Assembly: GCF_004102945.1 (NCBI RefSeq)
Contig: NZ_CP019384.1
Location: forward strand, 1,680,001 to 1,712,000
Direction of reading: 5' to 3'
Source: Candidatus Velamenicoccus archaeovorus
Lineage (GTDB): Bacteria > Omnitrophota > Gorgyraeia > Velamenicoccales > Velamenicoccaceae
DNA: 32,000 nt
A model generated the notes under the pieces. It saw nothing but the letters and a program-made list of their open reading frames with translations. It was not told where the DNA came from and made no database searches. The position numbers were made by a program, and so were the translations under genes. Within the stretch, counting starts at the first letter, position 1. Every line of letters starts with the position of its first letter. This document shows, piece after piece, positions 20,334 through 29,812 of the stretch.

Positions 20334-20944
20334 ATGCCCATCTCTTGAAGTTCCTGCCGGCACGCCGCGGCACCCTTGAAAACGACCGAACGGATCCCCA
20401 TCTGTCTGGCAGCGGCGACGAGGTCTTCCCTGTCGTCGATATAAAGGCATTGCGGCACGCCATAGCCCGATGCCCGGATCGCCCGGTCGTAAATCTCCCG
20501 ATGGGGCTTGCGGTGGCCGATCTCATAAGACAAGAAGATGTCGTCGAAGACAGCAATATGATCGGAAAAATTCTTGCGGATGAAAGCGTAGTGCAGTTCG
20601 TTGATGTTGGAGACCAGATGCAGGCGAAAATCCTTCTTCAATTCTTTGAGCCACGCGAGCATCTCGCCGGAATCGAAGAAGATATCGCTCCAGGCGGCGC
20701 AGAACTCTTCGTACCCCAAGCCCGGGGCCGCCAACGCGGCGCTCACATGCTTGAAAAAATCCGCCGAGGAAACACGGCCCTCCTCATAATCCTTGGTAAA
20801 GGGGGAATCGAAAAAAAGCTGGTAGATCTCATCGGAGGACTTGGCGCAATGGGGCAGGATCCGGCGCACAGCGATGCGATGGTCAAAATGCAACAACACA
20901 TTCCCCAGGTCACAAAGGATCAACTTCACGTCGGCCGTCGTCAT
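20306..20944 (-). CDS. HAD-superfamily hydrolase (subfamily IA-like)
   Basis: Motif I-like LILCDLGNVLL, motif II HLVSN, motif IV YIDDREDLV. Length 212 aa. The SD context is hairpin-CTTAAGG-N7-ATG. Confidence 0.75.
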   Translation of the reverse strand: MTTADVKLILCDLGNVLLHFDHRIAVRRILPHCAKSSDEIYQLFFDSPFTKDYEEGRVSSADFFKHVSAALAAPGLGYEEFCAAWSDIFFDSGEMLAWLKELKKDFRLHLVSNINELHYAFIRKNFSDHIAVFDDIFLSYEIGHRKPHREIYDRAIRASGYGVPQCLYIDDREDLVAAARQMGIRSVVFKGAAACRQELQEMGIWPQKKTSF

Positions 20945-20982
20945 GGAATCGCCTTAAGACCCGCAAGAGGCATGACTGCGGG

Positions 20983-21951
20983 CTAATTGTTCTTTTTAAG
21001 GGGCTTTTTAAACAGATCGAGGAAGCTGTCTTCATACTGCTCGTAAACATTCCACTTATCCAGCTCTTTTTTGAGCTCGATGGCGCGGGAGAGATCCTTC
21101 TTGGCCATCTTAAAAAGATCTTCGATCTTTTTGGCGGCCGACTCCGGCAGGCTGGCCGACTCCGCCAATCCCTTTTTGATGATATCAATCTCTTTCTGGT
21201 CGATCGGTTTTTCCTCTTCGGGGGGATTTTTAAGATATTCTATCAGGTGCTCGATCTCCTGGCTGATCTGATCGGCGTGTTTCTGCAGTTCGCCCAAATC
21301 CACGGAAAGCTTCAGATGGCGCACCAGGGCCTCCAAGACCATCTTGGAAGCCAGGGGATTTTCGATCTGGATGGTGTAGAGAGGGATCTCACCCAGAAGG
21401 CAAACGCCGTCCAGGCCCCTTTCCTTGGCGACACCCAGGATGAGGCCGTTCAAGCCGCTGATCTGCCCCGAAGGCATGCTCTTGACATTGGCTTTCTCAA
21501 ACTGGTCGAGGATCTCCTTCTTTGTGGCGACGGCGTACACCTCCGGTATCTGCGTGTGCTCGATCGGCAAGGGCATGGCCGCGAAGGTATAGACGGTTTT
21601 GACCTTCATTGAAACGATGAAATCCACGATCTCGGAGGCGTACTCATAACCTTTTTCGATGAACGGTTGGGCGTCGCTGATGAAAATGATGATGTCGGAG
21701 ACGCCGGCCGGGTTACGAAAGAAATAAAAACGGCCGACGGGATGCTGGGGGATGTCGATCAGATTGTTATCGATCCAGACGCCTGAAGGATGGAAATATT
21801 CACAGGACTCCAGGGTCGCAAACTCCTGGGCCCCTAGTTTGTCCTTGAGATAGGTCGCGGCCTTCAGGGCGACATCTCCCATGCCGGGCCACGCCGCGAT
21901 CAAAACCGGATTCTTGAGGCGGATACGTTTCTTAACAGTAATAGATTTCAT
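20983..21951 (-). CDS. PAC2 (proteasome assembly chaperone 2-like) family protein with a ~90-aa charged helical C-terminal extension
   Basis: N-terminal NPVLIAAWPGMGDVALKAATYLKDKLGA and the following ~230 aa fit the bacterial/archaeal PAC2 pattern. The C-terminus is E/K-rich and predicted helical. Confidence 0.6.
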   Translation of the reverse strand: MKSITVKKRIRLKNPVLIAAWPGMGDVALKAATYLKDKLGAQEFATLESCEYFHPSGVWIDNNLIDIPQHPVGRFYFFRNPAGVSDIIIFISDAQPFIEKGYEYASEIVDFIVSMKVKTVYTFAAMPLPIEHTQIPEVYAVATKKEILDQFEKANVKSMPSGQISGLNGLILGVAKERGLDGVCLLGEIPLYTIQIENPLASKMVLEALVRHLKLSVDLGELQKHADQISQEIEHLIEYLKNPPEEEKPIDQKEIDIIKKGLAESASLPESAAKKIEDLFKMAKKDLSRAIELKKELDKWNVYEQYEDSFLDLFKKPLKKNN

Positions 21952-21962
21952 AACGGTAGCCC

Positions 21963-21991
21963 ATTCTATCCTTTTTTGAAAAACAGTTCAA
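21963..21991 (-). promoter_or_regulatory. Sigma70-like promoter immediately upstream of the PAC2 gene (would give a near-leaderless mRNA)
   Basis: Minus strand TTGAAC (21991..21986), 17-nt spacer, TAGAAT (21968..21963). Only 11 nt separate the -10 from ATG 21951, and there is no SD. Confidence 0.45.
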
Positions 21992-21999
21992 TAGAAGAA

Positions 22000-23145
22000 T
22001 CACCTGTCCCCGCCGGGCGAGAAACCAGCGTCGAAGATCCTGATAAAACGCTCCAGGACGCGCGCCCCGCGCTCAAGGTCGACGACCCTGACAAATTCAT
22101 CCGTCGCATGGGCGCAGCCGCTTGCCCCCCAGCCGGTGGCCACCGCCGGGATGCCCTTGCGTTTGAAGAACGTGATGACGGTCGCCCCTTCGCTGCCCGT
22201 AACACGGGAAACGGCGATCCCCTTGGCGGCCGCCTTCAGACCGCGCACAAGCGGATGATGACATGAAATTTCATAAGGCTGCTGAATGTCGTTGACCGCC
22301 AGCCTGAAAGGAATACCAGTCCTGCGCAACCTTAGTTTGATCGCGGCCAGGATCTTCGCCGCATTCATCCCCGGCAGGAAACGCAGGTCCACCTCGAAGG
22401 CACACCAGTCGGCGACCATGTTCACCTTGTCTCCGCCGCGGATCGTCCCGATGTTGACGGTCGGAGGCGCCAGAAGTGCATGCGGCCTGGAGACAAACTT
22501 CATCTGTTTAAGCGCAGCAATCAGCGTGACAGCCCGGTCGATGGCATTGACACCCCTGTGCGGATAAGCGCCGTGCGCCTTGCGGCCGGGCACTTCGACC
22601 TTGAAATGAATCAACCCCTTCTGCGCCGTGACGATATTGAACGCGTCGGCATCCAGGATAAGGGCGTACTCCGGCCTGACGCGGCTTTTTTCCAGCCACG
22701 GCACGAGTCCCTTGGCAGACCCTGTTTCTTCGTCGGCGGTCGCAAGAAAAATCCAATCCCCATTCAAGGAAACACCGTCTTCCTTGAGGCTATGCAGGAC
22801 TTCCAAGGCCACAGCCAGATTCCCCTTGCAATCTGTCGCGCCGCGGCCGTAAATCCTGCCGGCCTCCAATTTCCCTGAAAAAGGGCCGTGGACCCATCCG
22901 TTTCCTGCCGGCACCGTATCCAGATGAGGCGACAAGAGAACGGAATATTTTTTCTCCCGCCCCTTCAAGACCGCCATCACATTGTCGCGGCGGGGAACAT
23001 ATGTCAGGATCTCGGGCTTGAGGCCTGCCTGACGCAGCTGACCGGCCACAAAAGCGGCAACAGCCCGTTCGTCACCGGGAGGATTTTCGGAATTAACGGC
23101 CACCAATTGCCGTATCAAGCGTATCAAGCGTTGTTTATTTATCAT
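22000..23145 (-). CDS. M20-family metallopeptidase (ArgE/DapE-type deacylase)
   Basis: 381 aa with LLSPHLDTVP, GRGATDCKG, ATADEETGS and the dimerisation-domain insert, in the typical M20A motif order. Substrate is not assignable. Confidence 0.8.
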   Translation of the reverse strand: MINKQRLIRLIRQLVAVNSENPPGDERAVAAFVAGQLRQAGLKPEILTYVPRRDNVMAVLKGREKKYSVLLSPHLDTVPAGNGWVHGPFSGKLEAGRIYGRGATDCKGNLAVALEVLHSLKEDGVSLNGDWIFLATADEETGSAKGLVPWLEKSRVRPEYALILDADAFNIVTAQKGLIHFKVEVPGRKAHGAYPHRGVNAIDRAVTLIAALKQMKFVSRPHALLAPPTVNIGTIRGGDKVNMVADWCAFEVDLRFLPGMNAAKILAAIKLRLRRTGIPFRLAVNDIQQPYEISCHHPLVRGLKAAAKGIAVSRVTGSEGATVITFFKRKGIPAVATGWGASGCAHATDEFVRVVDLERGARVLERFIRIFDAGFSPGGDR

Positions 23146-23233
23146 TTTTACTCATCACCTGGAGCCCCACGGGCTGAGCCTCGCCCGCCCAAGCGGGCAG
23201 GGAATTCTGGCAAACGGGATTAAAACTTGCGGC

Positions 23234-24136
23234 TCACGCAAGATATCCCATCTTCTTCAGAAGGTCCTTGTCTTCCTTCCATTTATTCTCGCATTTTACC
23301 CAGAGGTCAAGGAAAAATTTTCTCCCGTAGATCTGCTGCAATTCCTTGCGGGCGCTCTCTCCGGCCTTTTTCAGCACGGCCCCTCCCTTGCCGATGACGA
23401 TCGCCTTTTGCGTCTCTCTCTCGACAAGGACCGCGGCCTTCACATAAGTCAACCTCCGGCTCCTGTCCGCAATCTCTTCGACATGAACGGCCAGCGAAAA
23501 CGGCAGCTCTTCTTTAAGGACCAAGAGCAATTTTTCGCGGATAACGTCCTGGATCGCCAGCTGCCGCGGAAAATCCGTCAGGACATCCGCCGGATAAAGA
23601 GGCCCTCCTTCCGGCAGGCGCGCGAAGATCTCGTCCACCAGTTTATCGACATTCGTCCCTTTCAACGCCGACACAGGAACGGGCATCAAGCGGTCTGTCG
23701 CCTCATTCAAAGATCGACCGATGGCGTTTTCCCAAGCTGCGAGATATTCGGGGATATAGTGCACGGGTATATCCACCTTGTTCAATCCCAGGACCACCGG
23801 GGCCCGTGCCGCGCAAAGCCTCTGGATGGCCTTCGTCTCTTCATCTCCAACATGTCTGGTGACATCGACCAGGTGCAAGAGAACATCCGCCCCCTCGACC
23901 GTATCATTCACAAGGCTGATCATGGCACGATCCAGGGCATGACGGCTGGTGTGGAGTCCCGGCGTATCGCAAAAGACGATCTGTCCCCGGACATCATTGA
24001 AAACAGCCCGGATCTGGTGCCGCGTCGTCTGCGGCACGGGCGAAACAATGGCCACCTTCTCACCGGCGAGATGATTGAGCAGGGTCGACTTGCCGACGTT
24101 CGGCCGGCCGATGATTGCGACGATTCCGGATTTCAT
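23234..24136 (-). CDS. era: GTPase Era
   Basis: GRPNVGKSTLLN, DTPG and NKVD, followed by a C-terminal KH domain (VLVERETQKAIVIGKGGAVLK). Length 300 aa. Confidence 0.93.
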   Translation of the reverse strand: MKSGIVAIIGRPNVGKSTLLNHLAGEKVAIVSPVPQTTRHQIRAVFNDVRGQIVFCDTPGLHTSRHALDRAMISLVNDTVEGADVLLHLVDVTRHVGDEETKAIQRLCAARAPVVLGLNKVDIPVHYIPEYLAAWENAIGRSLNEATDRLMPVPVSALKGTNVDKLVDEIFARLPEGGPLYPADVLTDFPRQLAIQDVIREKLLLVLKEELPFSLAVHVEEIADRSRRLTYVKAAVLVERETQKAIVIGKGGAVLKKAGESARKELQQIYGRKFFLDLWVKCENKWKEDKDLLKKMGYLA

Positions 24137-25659
24137 GGATGCGCCGGTCCCTTCCCTTCATCCTTCCTTGGTTTCAATTCATAAAGATATTCTTTGAATA
24201 AAACCTGATTCAACAAAGCATGGTGCCAGTCTTCATTGGCCTTGGCGCCGACCGCTTTAAGGCGGTAATGCTTCCCAATGGATTTTCTGAAGACGTGGCA
24301 CTCATCGTAGGCAAAGCTGGAATGGATCAGAAAGACGCGCCGGCCCGACGAAAGGATAGGGTCGATCGTCTCGCGGAAAAATGCGTCCATTTCTGCCGGG
24401 TCGCATGTGACAGGCCTGACGATGATTTCATTGGGGGCATAAGACTTAAGGAAGATCGCCTCGTCCACGGCGATGACGGCGCTGTCGGCAGGGACGGTCG
24501 CAGCCACCCAGCGCGCAAAATCCACCTGCAGGGCATGCCGGTGACGGAACTCCAGCGCCGGCACGTCACGCCAGAGGCCCGCCAAAAGAAGCCAGAAGAA
24601 AATCGCGAAGGCCCCGTACGAGGCCCTTGAACGGTAAGAACCGAGAAAGTAACCCTGCGCGGCAATGAGCGGCAGCCAGGCGATCACCAGGTAACGCGTG
24701 CCGCTGGAAGAAACGTTTCCATAAAATAATTGAAAAACGTAAAACCATAGCAAAAGAAACACGAGTTCTTTCAGCCGCCTGTGGATATAGAGGAAACCGC
24801 CCCCGCAAACCGCCACGATCACGCCTTCGGGCCGGAAGGCGTCCCAGAGCCAGCCGAAGGATTTGTGAAGAATAAATGACACCGGCCCCAGGAAGCTGGC
24901 CTGGCGGCTGGTCGAGAGGACATCCCTGAACTGGCTGAAGCCTTCCTGCATGAACATCGGCAGATAATACATGAAGGCCACGCACAGAGAGAGGCCCGCC
25001 AAGACGCATATATCCCTGAACCTGCCCTGCGCAGAAGAACCGTAGCGCGCCAGAAGATACACGAGCGGGATGAACACCAGGAAATCGGAAAGCCGTGCGG
25101 CGGCGCAAAACCCCAGAAAGGCGATGGCATAGAAAAAACATATCCGGCGGCCGTCCTTGAGATAACAGAGAAGAAAATAGGCGCTCGCCAGGGCGAAGAA
25201 TATACTCAACGTCAGGCTCTTGCCGAATGTGGAGATGGCGATATGGGCGCCGAAACAGGCTAAAAGGAGACCGGCAAAAAAAGCCCTTCGCGTATCAAAC
25301 AATTTTTCCACAAGGAAGAAAAACATCACGACGCCGGCGGCGCCGAAAACAACGCTCATCATGTTGACGCAAAAGACCGGATCTGCCGCGCCGAAGAGGC
25401 GCATGAAGGAAATAAAAACGGCGGCGATGATGACGGTCAGGGGATATCCGGAACCATGCTCGTAATGGAGCGCGTGCGCCGACAGCGTCTTTTGCGCGGC
25501 ATTCGCCAGGTCGAGAGTGTCGTAATGGAACGGCCCCTTGCTGATGAGCATCAGTCTCACAAAGAAGGCAAGACAAAAAAGCAAAACCAGAAAAACCGTC
25601 CGGGAAGATATGATGGAGGGCAGAAGCGTCTTCGTTAGAAATGTCTTAAAGCTTTTCAT
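24133..25659 (-). CDS. Polytopic GT-C-fold glycosyltransferase-like membrane protein (DUF2723/TMEM260-like or ArnT/PMT-like)
   Basis: About 11 TM segments. The first loop, HYDTLDLANAAQ...HYEHGSGYPL, resembles the acidic-loop plus HPPGYPL block of DUF2723-type proteins. There is a soluble C-terminal ~130 aa. It overlaps era by ATGA. Confidence 0.5.
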   Translation of the reverse strand: MKSFKTFLTKTLLPSIISSRTVFLVLLFCLAFFVRLMLISKGPFHYDTLDLANAAQKTLSAHALHYEHGSGYPLTVIIAAVFISFMRLFGAADPVFCVNMMSVVFGAAGVVMFFFLVEKLFDTRRAFFAGLLLACFGAHIAISTFGKSLTLSIFFALASAYFLLCYLKDGRRICFFYAIAFLGFCAAARLSDFLVFIPLVYLLARYGSSAQGRFRDICVLAGLSLCVAFMYYLPMFMQEGFSQFRDVLSTSRQASFLGPVSFILHKSFGWLWDAFRPEGVIVAVCGGGFLYIHRRLKELVFLLLWFYVFQLFYGNVSSSGTRYLVIAWLPLIAAQGYFLGSYRSRASYGAFAIFFWLLLAGLWRDVPALEFRHRHALQVDFARWVAATVPADSAVIAVDEAIFLKSYAPNEIIVRPVTCDPAEMDAFFRETIDPILSSGRRVFLIHSSFAYDECHVFRKSIGKHYRLKAVGAKANEDWHHALLNQVLFKEYLYELKPRKDEGKGPAHP

Positions 25660-26290
25660 CTCGCAGCGGGCAGATCGCGCATTTTTCCTTGGTCTTACGG
25701 CAATACTCCTTACCCAGGCGGACGATCAAGGCATGGTATTCGTTAAAAAGGGCCGTATCCGCCGGCAGGCCTTCCATAAATATCTTCTGCAGGTCTTCGT
25801 AGAGGAGCTGCGGCGCCGCCAACCCGTGGCGGACCATCCAGCGCCGGGTATAGGCATCGATGACAAAAATCGGCTTATGCAGGGCATAGAGGAGAATGGA
25901 ATCGGCTGTCTCCGGGCCGATGCCGTTGATGCCCAGGAGCTCCTGGCGGAGCCTGGAGGTGCCGCCTTCCTTCATCCGCCTCAAATCCCCCGAGTAACGT
26001 TCCTGAAGAAAATGCAAAAAATTCTTCAGGCGCCTGGTCTTGATATTGTAATAACCCGCCGGCCGAATGAGGCGCGCCAGGGCCCTGTCGTTTAAACGCA
26101 ACATGCGTTTCCACGACAACACCCGTGCTCTTTTTAAATTTGCGATCGCCCTCTCGACGTTCTGCCAGGAGGTGTTCTGCGTCAGGATGGCGCCGACCAT
26201 GACCTCGAACGGCGTGCGGGCCGGCCACCATCCTTGAGGGCCGAAATGCCTGTAGAGCTTACGGTACGTCTTTTTTAACTTCTGTTTCAT
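25646..26290 (-). CDS. Endonuclease III-related HhH-GPD DNA glycosylase
   Basis: YGPQGWWP-type N-terminus (HFGPQGWWPA), AILTQNTSW, the HhH motif LLGINGIGPETADSILLY, the catalytic-region VIDAYTRR, and a C-terminal Cys pair CRKTKEKCAICPL. Confidence 0.8.
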   Translation of the reverse strand: MKQKLKKTYRKLYRHFGPQGWWPARTPFEVMVGAILTQNTSWQNVERAIANLKRARVLSWKRMLRLNDRALARLIRPAGYYNIKTRRLKNFLHFLQERYSGDLRRMKEGGTSRLRQELLGINGIGPETADSILLYALHKPIFVIDAYTRRWMVRHGLAAPQLLYEDLQKIFMEGLPADTALFNEYHALIVRLGKEYCRKTKEKCAICPLRDEKL

Positions 26291-28220
26291 TGTTCAAAGA
26301 CAAAGGATTGTATCCCTGCATGGCCAGGATCGTGTAGGCGGTCGCCGCGACGGAGCCGGTCCTGTTTCCCTTCGGCGTGCGCCAGCCGTGGCCCGTATCG
26401 GCGAACTCGTGCGACGCATAAGGCAGACAGAAATCACCCTGCCCGACGGGAGAAGGACTGGTGATGATCATCTTTGTCAGTTCCACGACATAGTCGTTGG
26501 CCATCCGGCGGTACTCGCGGGCCTTCTCTTCTTCGCCCAGGCGAACATGGTAGTCCGCCATGATGCTGAGCGAAAGGATCATCTGGGCCGTCCACTCGCC
26601 GGAAATGACGCCGCCGCGGCCGATGTTTGTCCCCTTGGCAAAATCAAATCCCTTCACGCAGACAAGGTAGCCTTCCGGCTTTTTGTAATCCACCTTCACG
26701 GCGCAATTCTCTATGGCGAAATCCATGATCTCATCGGGATCCATGCCGATATCCTTGAGTTTTCCCGGCCCCACGGCTGCGATCGACCATGCGTATGTAT
26801 CCGTCGCAATGGTGGCATCCCCCTTGCCGCGCTTGACAATGGGCAGGGAAATCCGCGAATAGGCGTTGGCATTGAGCCACTTCAAGGTCTCCTGCGCCCG
26901 CGCGGCGGCTTCGGGATTTCCTGTCGTCTCATACAACATCGTATAAAAAGCGTAGGCGTCGAGATTATGCTCCGTACTGTACCAGGTGACGGTCGGGCCG
27001 CCCTTCAATCCTCCCTCCTGGTCGCGGATGGTGTCGAGCCAGCGATAGATATCCTCGGCGATCGGCAGATATCTCTTGTCGCCGAAATGGCGGGTATACT
27101 GCAGGATCGCTATCCCCAGCCAGATGTTGGGGCCGGCATGCGCGATATATTCCGCCACGTCGCCGGTGGAGGCATAATAGGCGTTCGTAAAACCGCCGCC
27201 GTTGGCCTGGATGGCGTGCGTGTAGAAATCCAAGATCCGGCCCGCCCGGCCGGCATCGTCGAACAAAGTGAAGCTAATGGTCGCCAGCGCCTGATCATAG
27301 GTAAATGCCCAGTCCGCGACATCCGAATCGCCTTCAAAGCTGGCCACCAGGCCCGTGTTGTTGTTCTGGTGCACGGTAAGCCAGCGATAAAACTTATCCA
27401 CGACTTTCTTCTCTATCGCCTTTCCCTCTTCGACCTTGGCGGTCACATCCATCTCCACCTGGGCCTTGTGGCTGACGAGCCCCGCAAGGTCCGCTTTGAG
27501 CTTATCCTGATATTTCTTGAAGAAGTCGATGGAGGCCTGGAGTTGTTCGACCTTCTGCTTTTCATCGCGATTGGTCAGCAGGAGCGCCCTTTCCAGCATC
27601 TCGACCCTGCGGCCCGATTGCGACAACAGGAAGTTCATCTCGTCGATCTTAAGCTCGAGCAAGTCCTTTCCTTTTTCCAGGTTCTTCTGGCGCACAAGGG
27701 TGTCGGTGAGCCCTCCCAGGAGCTTTTCGTTCTGATAACGCAGACGGGCGTTGTAAAATCCGACGGTCACAAGCCCCAGACTGAGACAGATGGTGAACAC
27801 GATGGCCATCGCCTTCAGGAACTTGCGCATATCAGCATACCGCAAGATGCGCGCATTGTCGCGTTTCTCGATGCGGACATACCGCATGCCGACCATGTAC
27901 TGGTTGATGAGCCCTTCCTTGAGGGGCCTGAGCCATGCCGGATGCGCCGTCGCCTGCGCGGGTCTCGTCCCCGAGGGAATATTGATGTTGAGGGCGATCA
28001 GGGCCTTGGGGTCGCCGAACAGCCCCATGTCACGCTCGTTGATCTGCGTGACGACCAGACACAAGCCGCCGGCGCTGACGTCCTGGGTAAAAGCCTCCCT
28101 CCAATCGCCTTGCGGCGATCCTTCGGCCGAAAGGAAACGGAATTCAACCGGAAAAATGTGGTCGAGACGTTTATAACGGCGGCGCTCTTCGGTCTTGGGG
28201 ATAGGGGGCGTATGCGTCAT
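26259..28220 (-). CDS. PilZ-domain protein with a single TM, a coiled coil and a large periplasmic alpha-helical-repeat (alpha/alpha-toroid-like) domain
   Basis: The PilZ motifs are intact: RRRYKR (RxxxR) and DVSAGG (D/NxSxxG). TM is AMAIVFTICLSLGLVTVGFY. About 120 aa have heptad character. The final ~380 aa carry repeated W/Y-rich helix pairs (WAFTYDQALA, NIWLGIAILQY, STEHNLDAYAFY, DTYAWSIAAVG, EWTAQMILSL, SVAATAYTILAM). Confidence 0.65.
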   Translation of the reverse strand: MTHTPPIPKTEERRRYKRLDHIFPVEFRFLSAEGSPQGDWREAFTQDVSAGGLCLVVTQINERDMGLFGDPKALIALNINIPSGTRPAQATAHPAWLRPLKEGLINQYMVGMRYVRIEKRDNARILRYADMRKFLKAMAIVFTICLSLGLVTVGFYNARLRYQNEKLLGGLTDTLVRQKNLEKGKDLLELKIDEMNFLLSQSGRRVEMLERALLLTNRDEKQKVEQLQASIDFFKKYQDKLKADLAGLVSHKAQVEMDVTAKVEEGKAIEKKVVDKFYRWLTVHQNNNTGLVASFEGDSDVADWAFTYDQALATISFTLFDDAGRAGRILDFYTHAIQANGGGFTNAYYASTGDVAEYIAHAGPNIWLGIAILQYTRHFGDKRYLPIAEDIYRWLDTIRDQEGGLKGGPTVTWYSTEHNLDAYAFYTMLYETTGNPEAAARAQETLKWLNANAYSRISLPIVKRGKGDATIATDTYAWSIAAVGPGKLKDIGMDPDEIMDFAIENCAVKVDYKKPEGYLVCVKGFDFAKGTNIGRGGVISGEWTAQMILSLSIMADYHVRLGEEEKAREYRRMANDYVVELTKMIITSPSPVGQGDFCLPYASHEFADTGHGWRTPKGNRTGSVAATAYTILAMQGYNPLSLNNETEVKKDVP

Positions 28221-29398
28221 ATATGTTCACCAGCATCCTGGAAAGCGCGGGCCATCCGGATCCTCTTGGCGATCGGCGGATGATCGTAGAAAAAAATCTC
28301 CATTCCGCGCGAAGGCGAAAAATCCGCAAGGTTCTTCTCGCCCAGCTTGCGCATCATGGAGACAAACGCTTCCGTCGCCCCTCGACGCTGTTCGGGACTT
28401 CCTTCGGTCGCCCGCGTGGCCTCCAGGGCAAAACGGTCCGCCTGTCTCTCCAAAATCCTCGAAAAACCGTTCTGGAGAGGCAGAAGGACAAACCCGGCGG
28501 CAAAAAGGATGAGCAAAAGCAAGGGCAGGGCCGCCACATCGCTGGGGCCCGCAAAACCAAAAACAGCAAGGAAACGGTCGAAGAGAAAATAAGCCAGCCC
28601 GAAAGAAAAAAGGCCGGACGCCAGACTGGCCACGACGAGCTTGGCCGTATCATGCCTGAGGTAATGGCCCAATTCATGGGCCAAGACAACTTCAATCTCC
28701 TGGGGGCTGAAGGATCCCAAAAGCGTGTCGGCAAGAAAAATCCGCTTGGCGGCGCCGAGGCCGGCGACCATGGCGTTCGCCTTGACTGTTTTTCTGGAAA
28801 AATCCAGGACAAAAATATCCTTGAGCCTGACCCCGTAGCGTCCAAAGAGCGCCAGGATCCGGCGCCGGACCTCGCCTTCTTCCAGCGGCCTGACGCGGAA
28901 AAACAACGGCAGGATCGCATACGGAAAGATCCGGGCCAGGATGATGCTCAAAAAAAACCAAAAACAGGCGGCCCACAACCACCAGGTCCCGGGAAACTGG
29001 GAAAGAAAAAAATAGACGCTTTCTAATAACGCCAAAGAGACGATAAAGGCAACGACGGATTTTTTCAGGAGATCCTTGGACCATTCTCCGAAGGTCTGCC
29101 GGCTCAGGTGGAAACGGTGTTCAAGAAAAAACCCTTCAAAAATATCCAGGGGAAGTCCGGCGACAAAAGACAAAAAAAGAAAGCAGGAGATGTAGAGGGC
29201 CGCCAGAAGAAAAAAATCCTCCCTCCATGCCAGAAGCCAGACCTTGAGGGCGCGCGACCAGCCCGCGCATAAAAAAACCAGGAGCGCCGCTATGCTGCCG
29301 AAAAGGCGAAAAAAGAAGAGGCGATATCGTATCGCCTGGTATCGCCTGGCCTCGGGGGACGAAGAAAGACTGTTATCTTGTGGAGACATCAGGGACAT
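28217..29398 (-). CDS. M48-family zinc metalloprotease (Ste24/CAAX-protease-like with a multi-TM N-domain)
   Basis: HELGH (AHELGHYLRHD), a downstream E (LERQADRFA), at least five N-terminal TM helices, and HPPIAKRI near the C-terminus. It overlaps the downstream gene by ATGA. Confidence 0.85.
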   Translation of the reverse strand: MSLMSPQDNSLSSSPEARRYQAIRYRLFFFRLFGSIAALLVFLCAGWSRALKVWLLAWREDFFLLAALYISCFLFLSFVAGLPLDIFEGFFLEHRFHLSRQTFGEWSKDLLKKSVVAFIVSLALLESVYFFLSQFPGTWWLWAACFWFFLSIILARIFPYAILPLFFRVRPLEEGEVRRRILALFGRYGVRLKDIFVLDFSRKTVKANAMVAGLGAAKRIFLADTLLGSFSPQEIEVVLAHELGHYLRHDTAKLVVASLASGLFSFGLAYFLFDRFLAVFGFAGPSDVAALPLLLLILFAAGFVLLPLQNGFSRILERQADRFALEATRATEGSPEQRRGATEAFVSMMRKLGEKNLADFSPSRGMEIFFYDHPPIAKRIRMARAFQDAGEHI

Positions 29399-29795
29399 CC
29401 TCCGGGCGTTTCAGACGCTTGGCCTTCTCGACCAGCTCCTCGAACCGTTCATCCTGCCGCAGGTTTGAAAGGTCGGGGTCTTTGCACATGAAGGCGATAT
29501 CTTCATAACCCAGGGCGATCGCTCGTTCGATCGCCTCGAACGACTTCGAGAGGTCGCCCAAGAGCGAAAAACTACAGGCCAGGTTATAATAAACAATGGG
29601 GTTGTCGGGCCGCAGCCTGGAAAGTTTCTTGTCGACCCTGAGTCCCTTGCGGTACAGGCCCTTCTTGGTATAGATCTCTCCCAACACGATCAGGGCATCG
29701 ACATAGTCCGGGCGGCGGCGCAAAATACCCTCAAAAAAAACTATCTGAAAATCCAGGTCTTCTTTAGGTGGTTTCTTTGCCATAGCCATTGTCAA
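29373..29795 (-). CDS. Small TPR-repeat protein
   Basis: Three to four TPR units (ALIVLGEIYTKKGLYRKGLRVDKKL, IVYYNLACSFSLLGDLSKSFEAIERAIALGY). The track start is TTG; ATG 29789 or 29783 is more likely. Confidence 0.7.
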   Translation of the reverse strand: MTMAMAKKPPKEDLDFQIVFFEGILRRRPDYVDALIVLGEIYTKKGLYRKGLRVDKKLSRLRPDNPIVYYNLACSFSLLGDLSKSFEAIERAIALGYEDIAFMCKDPDLSNLRQDERFEELVEKAKRLKRPEDVPDVSTR

Positions 29796-29812
29796 AAAGA
29801 AGGACGGTTATC

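Noticed and set aside
19572-20450. 39-residue N-terminal extension of the ABC ATPase (MPLYRRQGRPRRRCQ...)
   Set aside because: It is Arg/Gly-rich and reads entirely through the 3' end of the HAD gene in another frame. The conserved ATPase sequence begins at MASEENIVLK (ATG 20333).
26388-28283. Very long plus-strand ORFs (631 aa here; also 30086-31771 at 561 aa, 13258-14433 at 391 aa, 12444-13397 at 317 aa, 8023-8886, 10115-10987 and 17382-18140)
   Set aside because: Each lies exactly antisense to a minus-strand gene with clear family motifs. Their translations are Arg/Gly/Asp/Pro-rich and low in complexity with no recognisable motifs, which is typical of shadow ORFs in GC-rich coding DNA.
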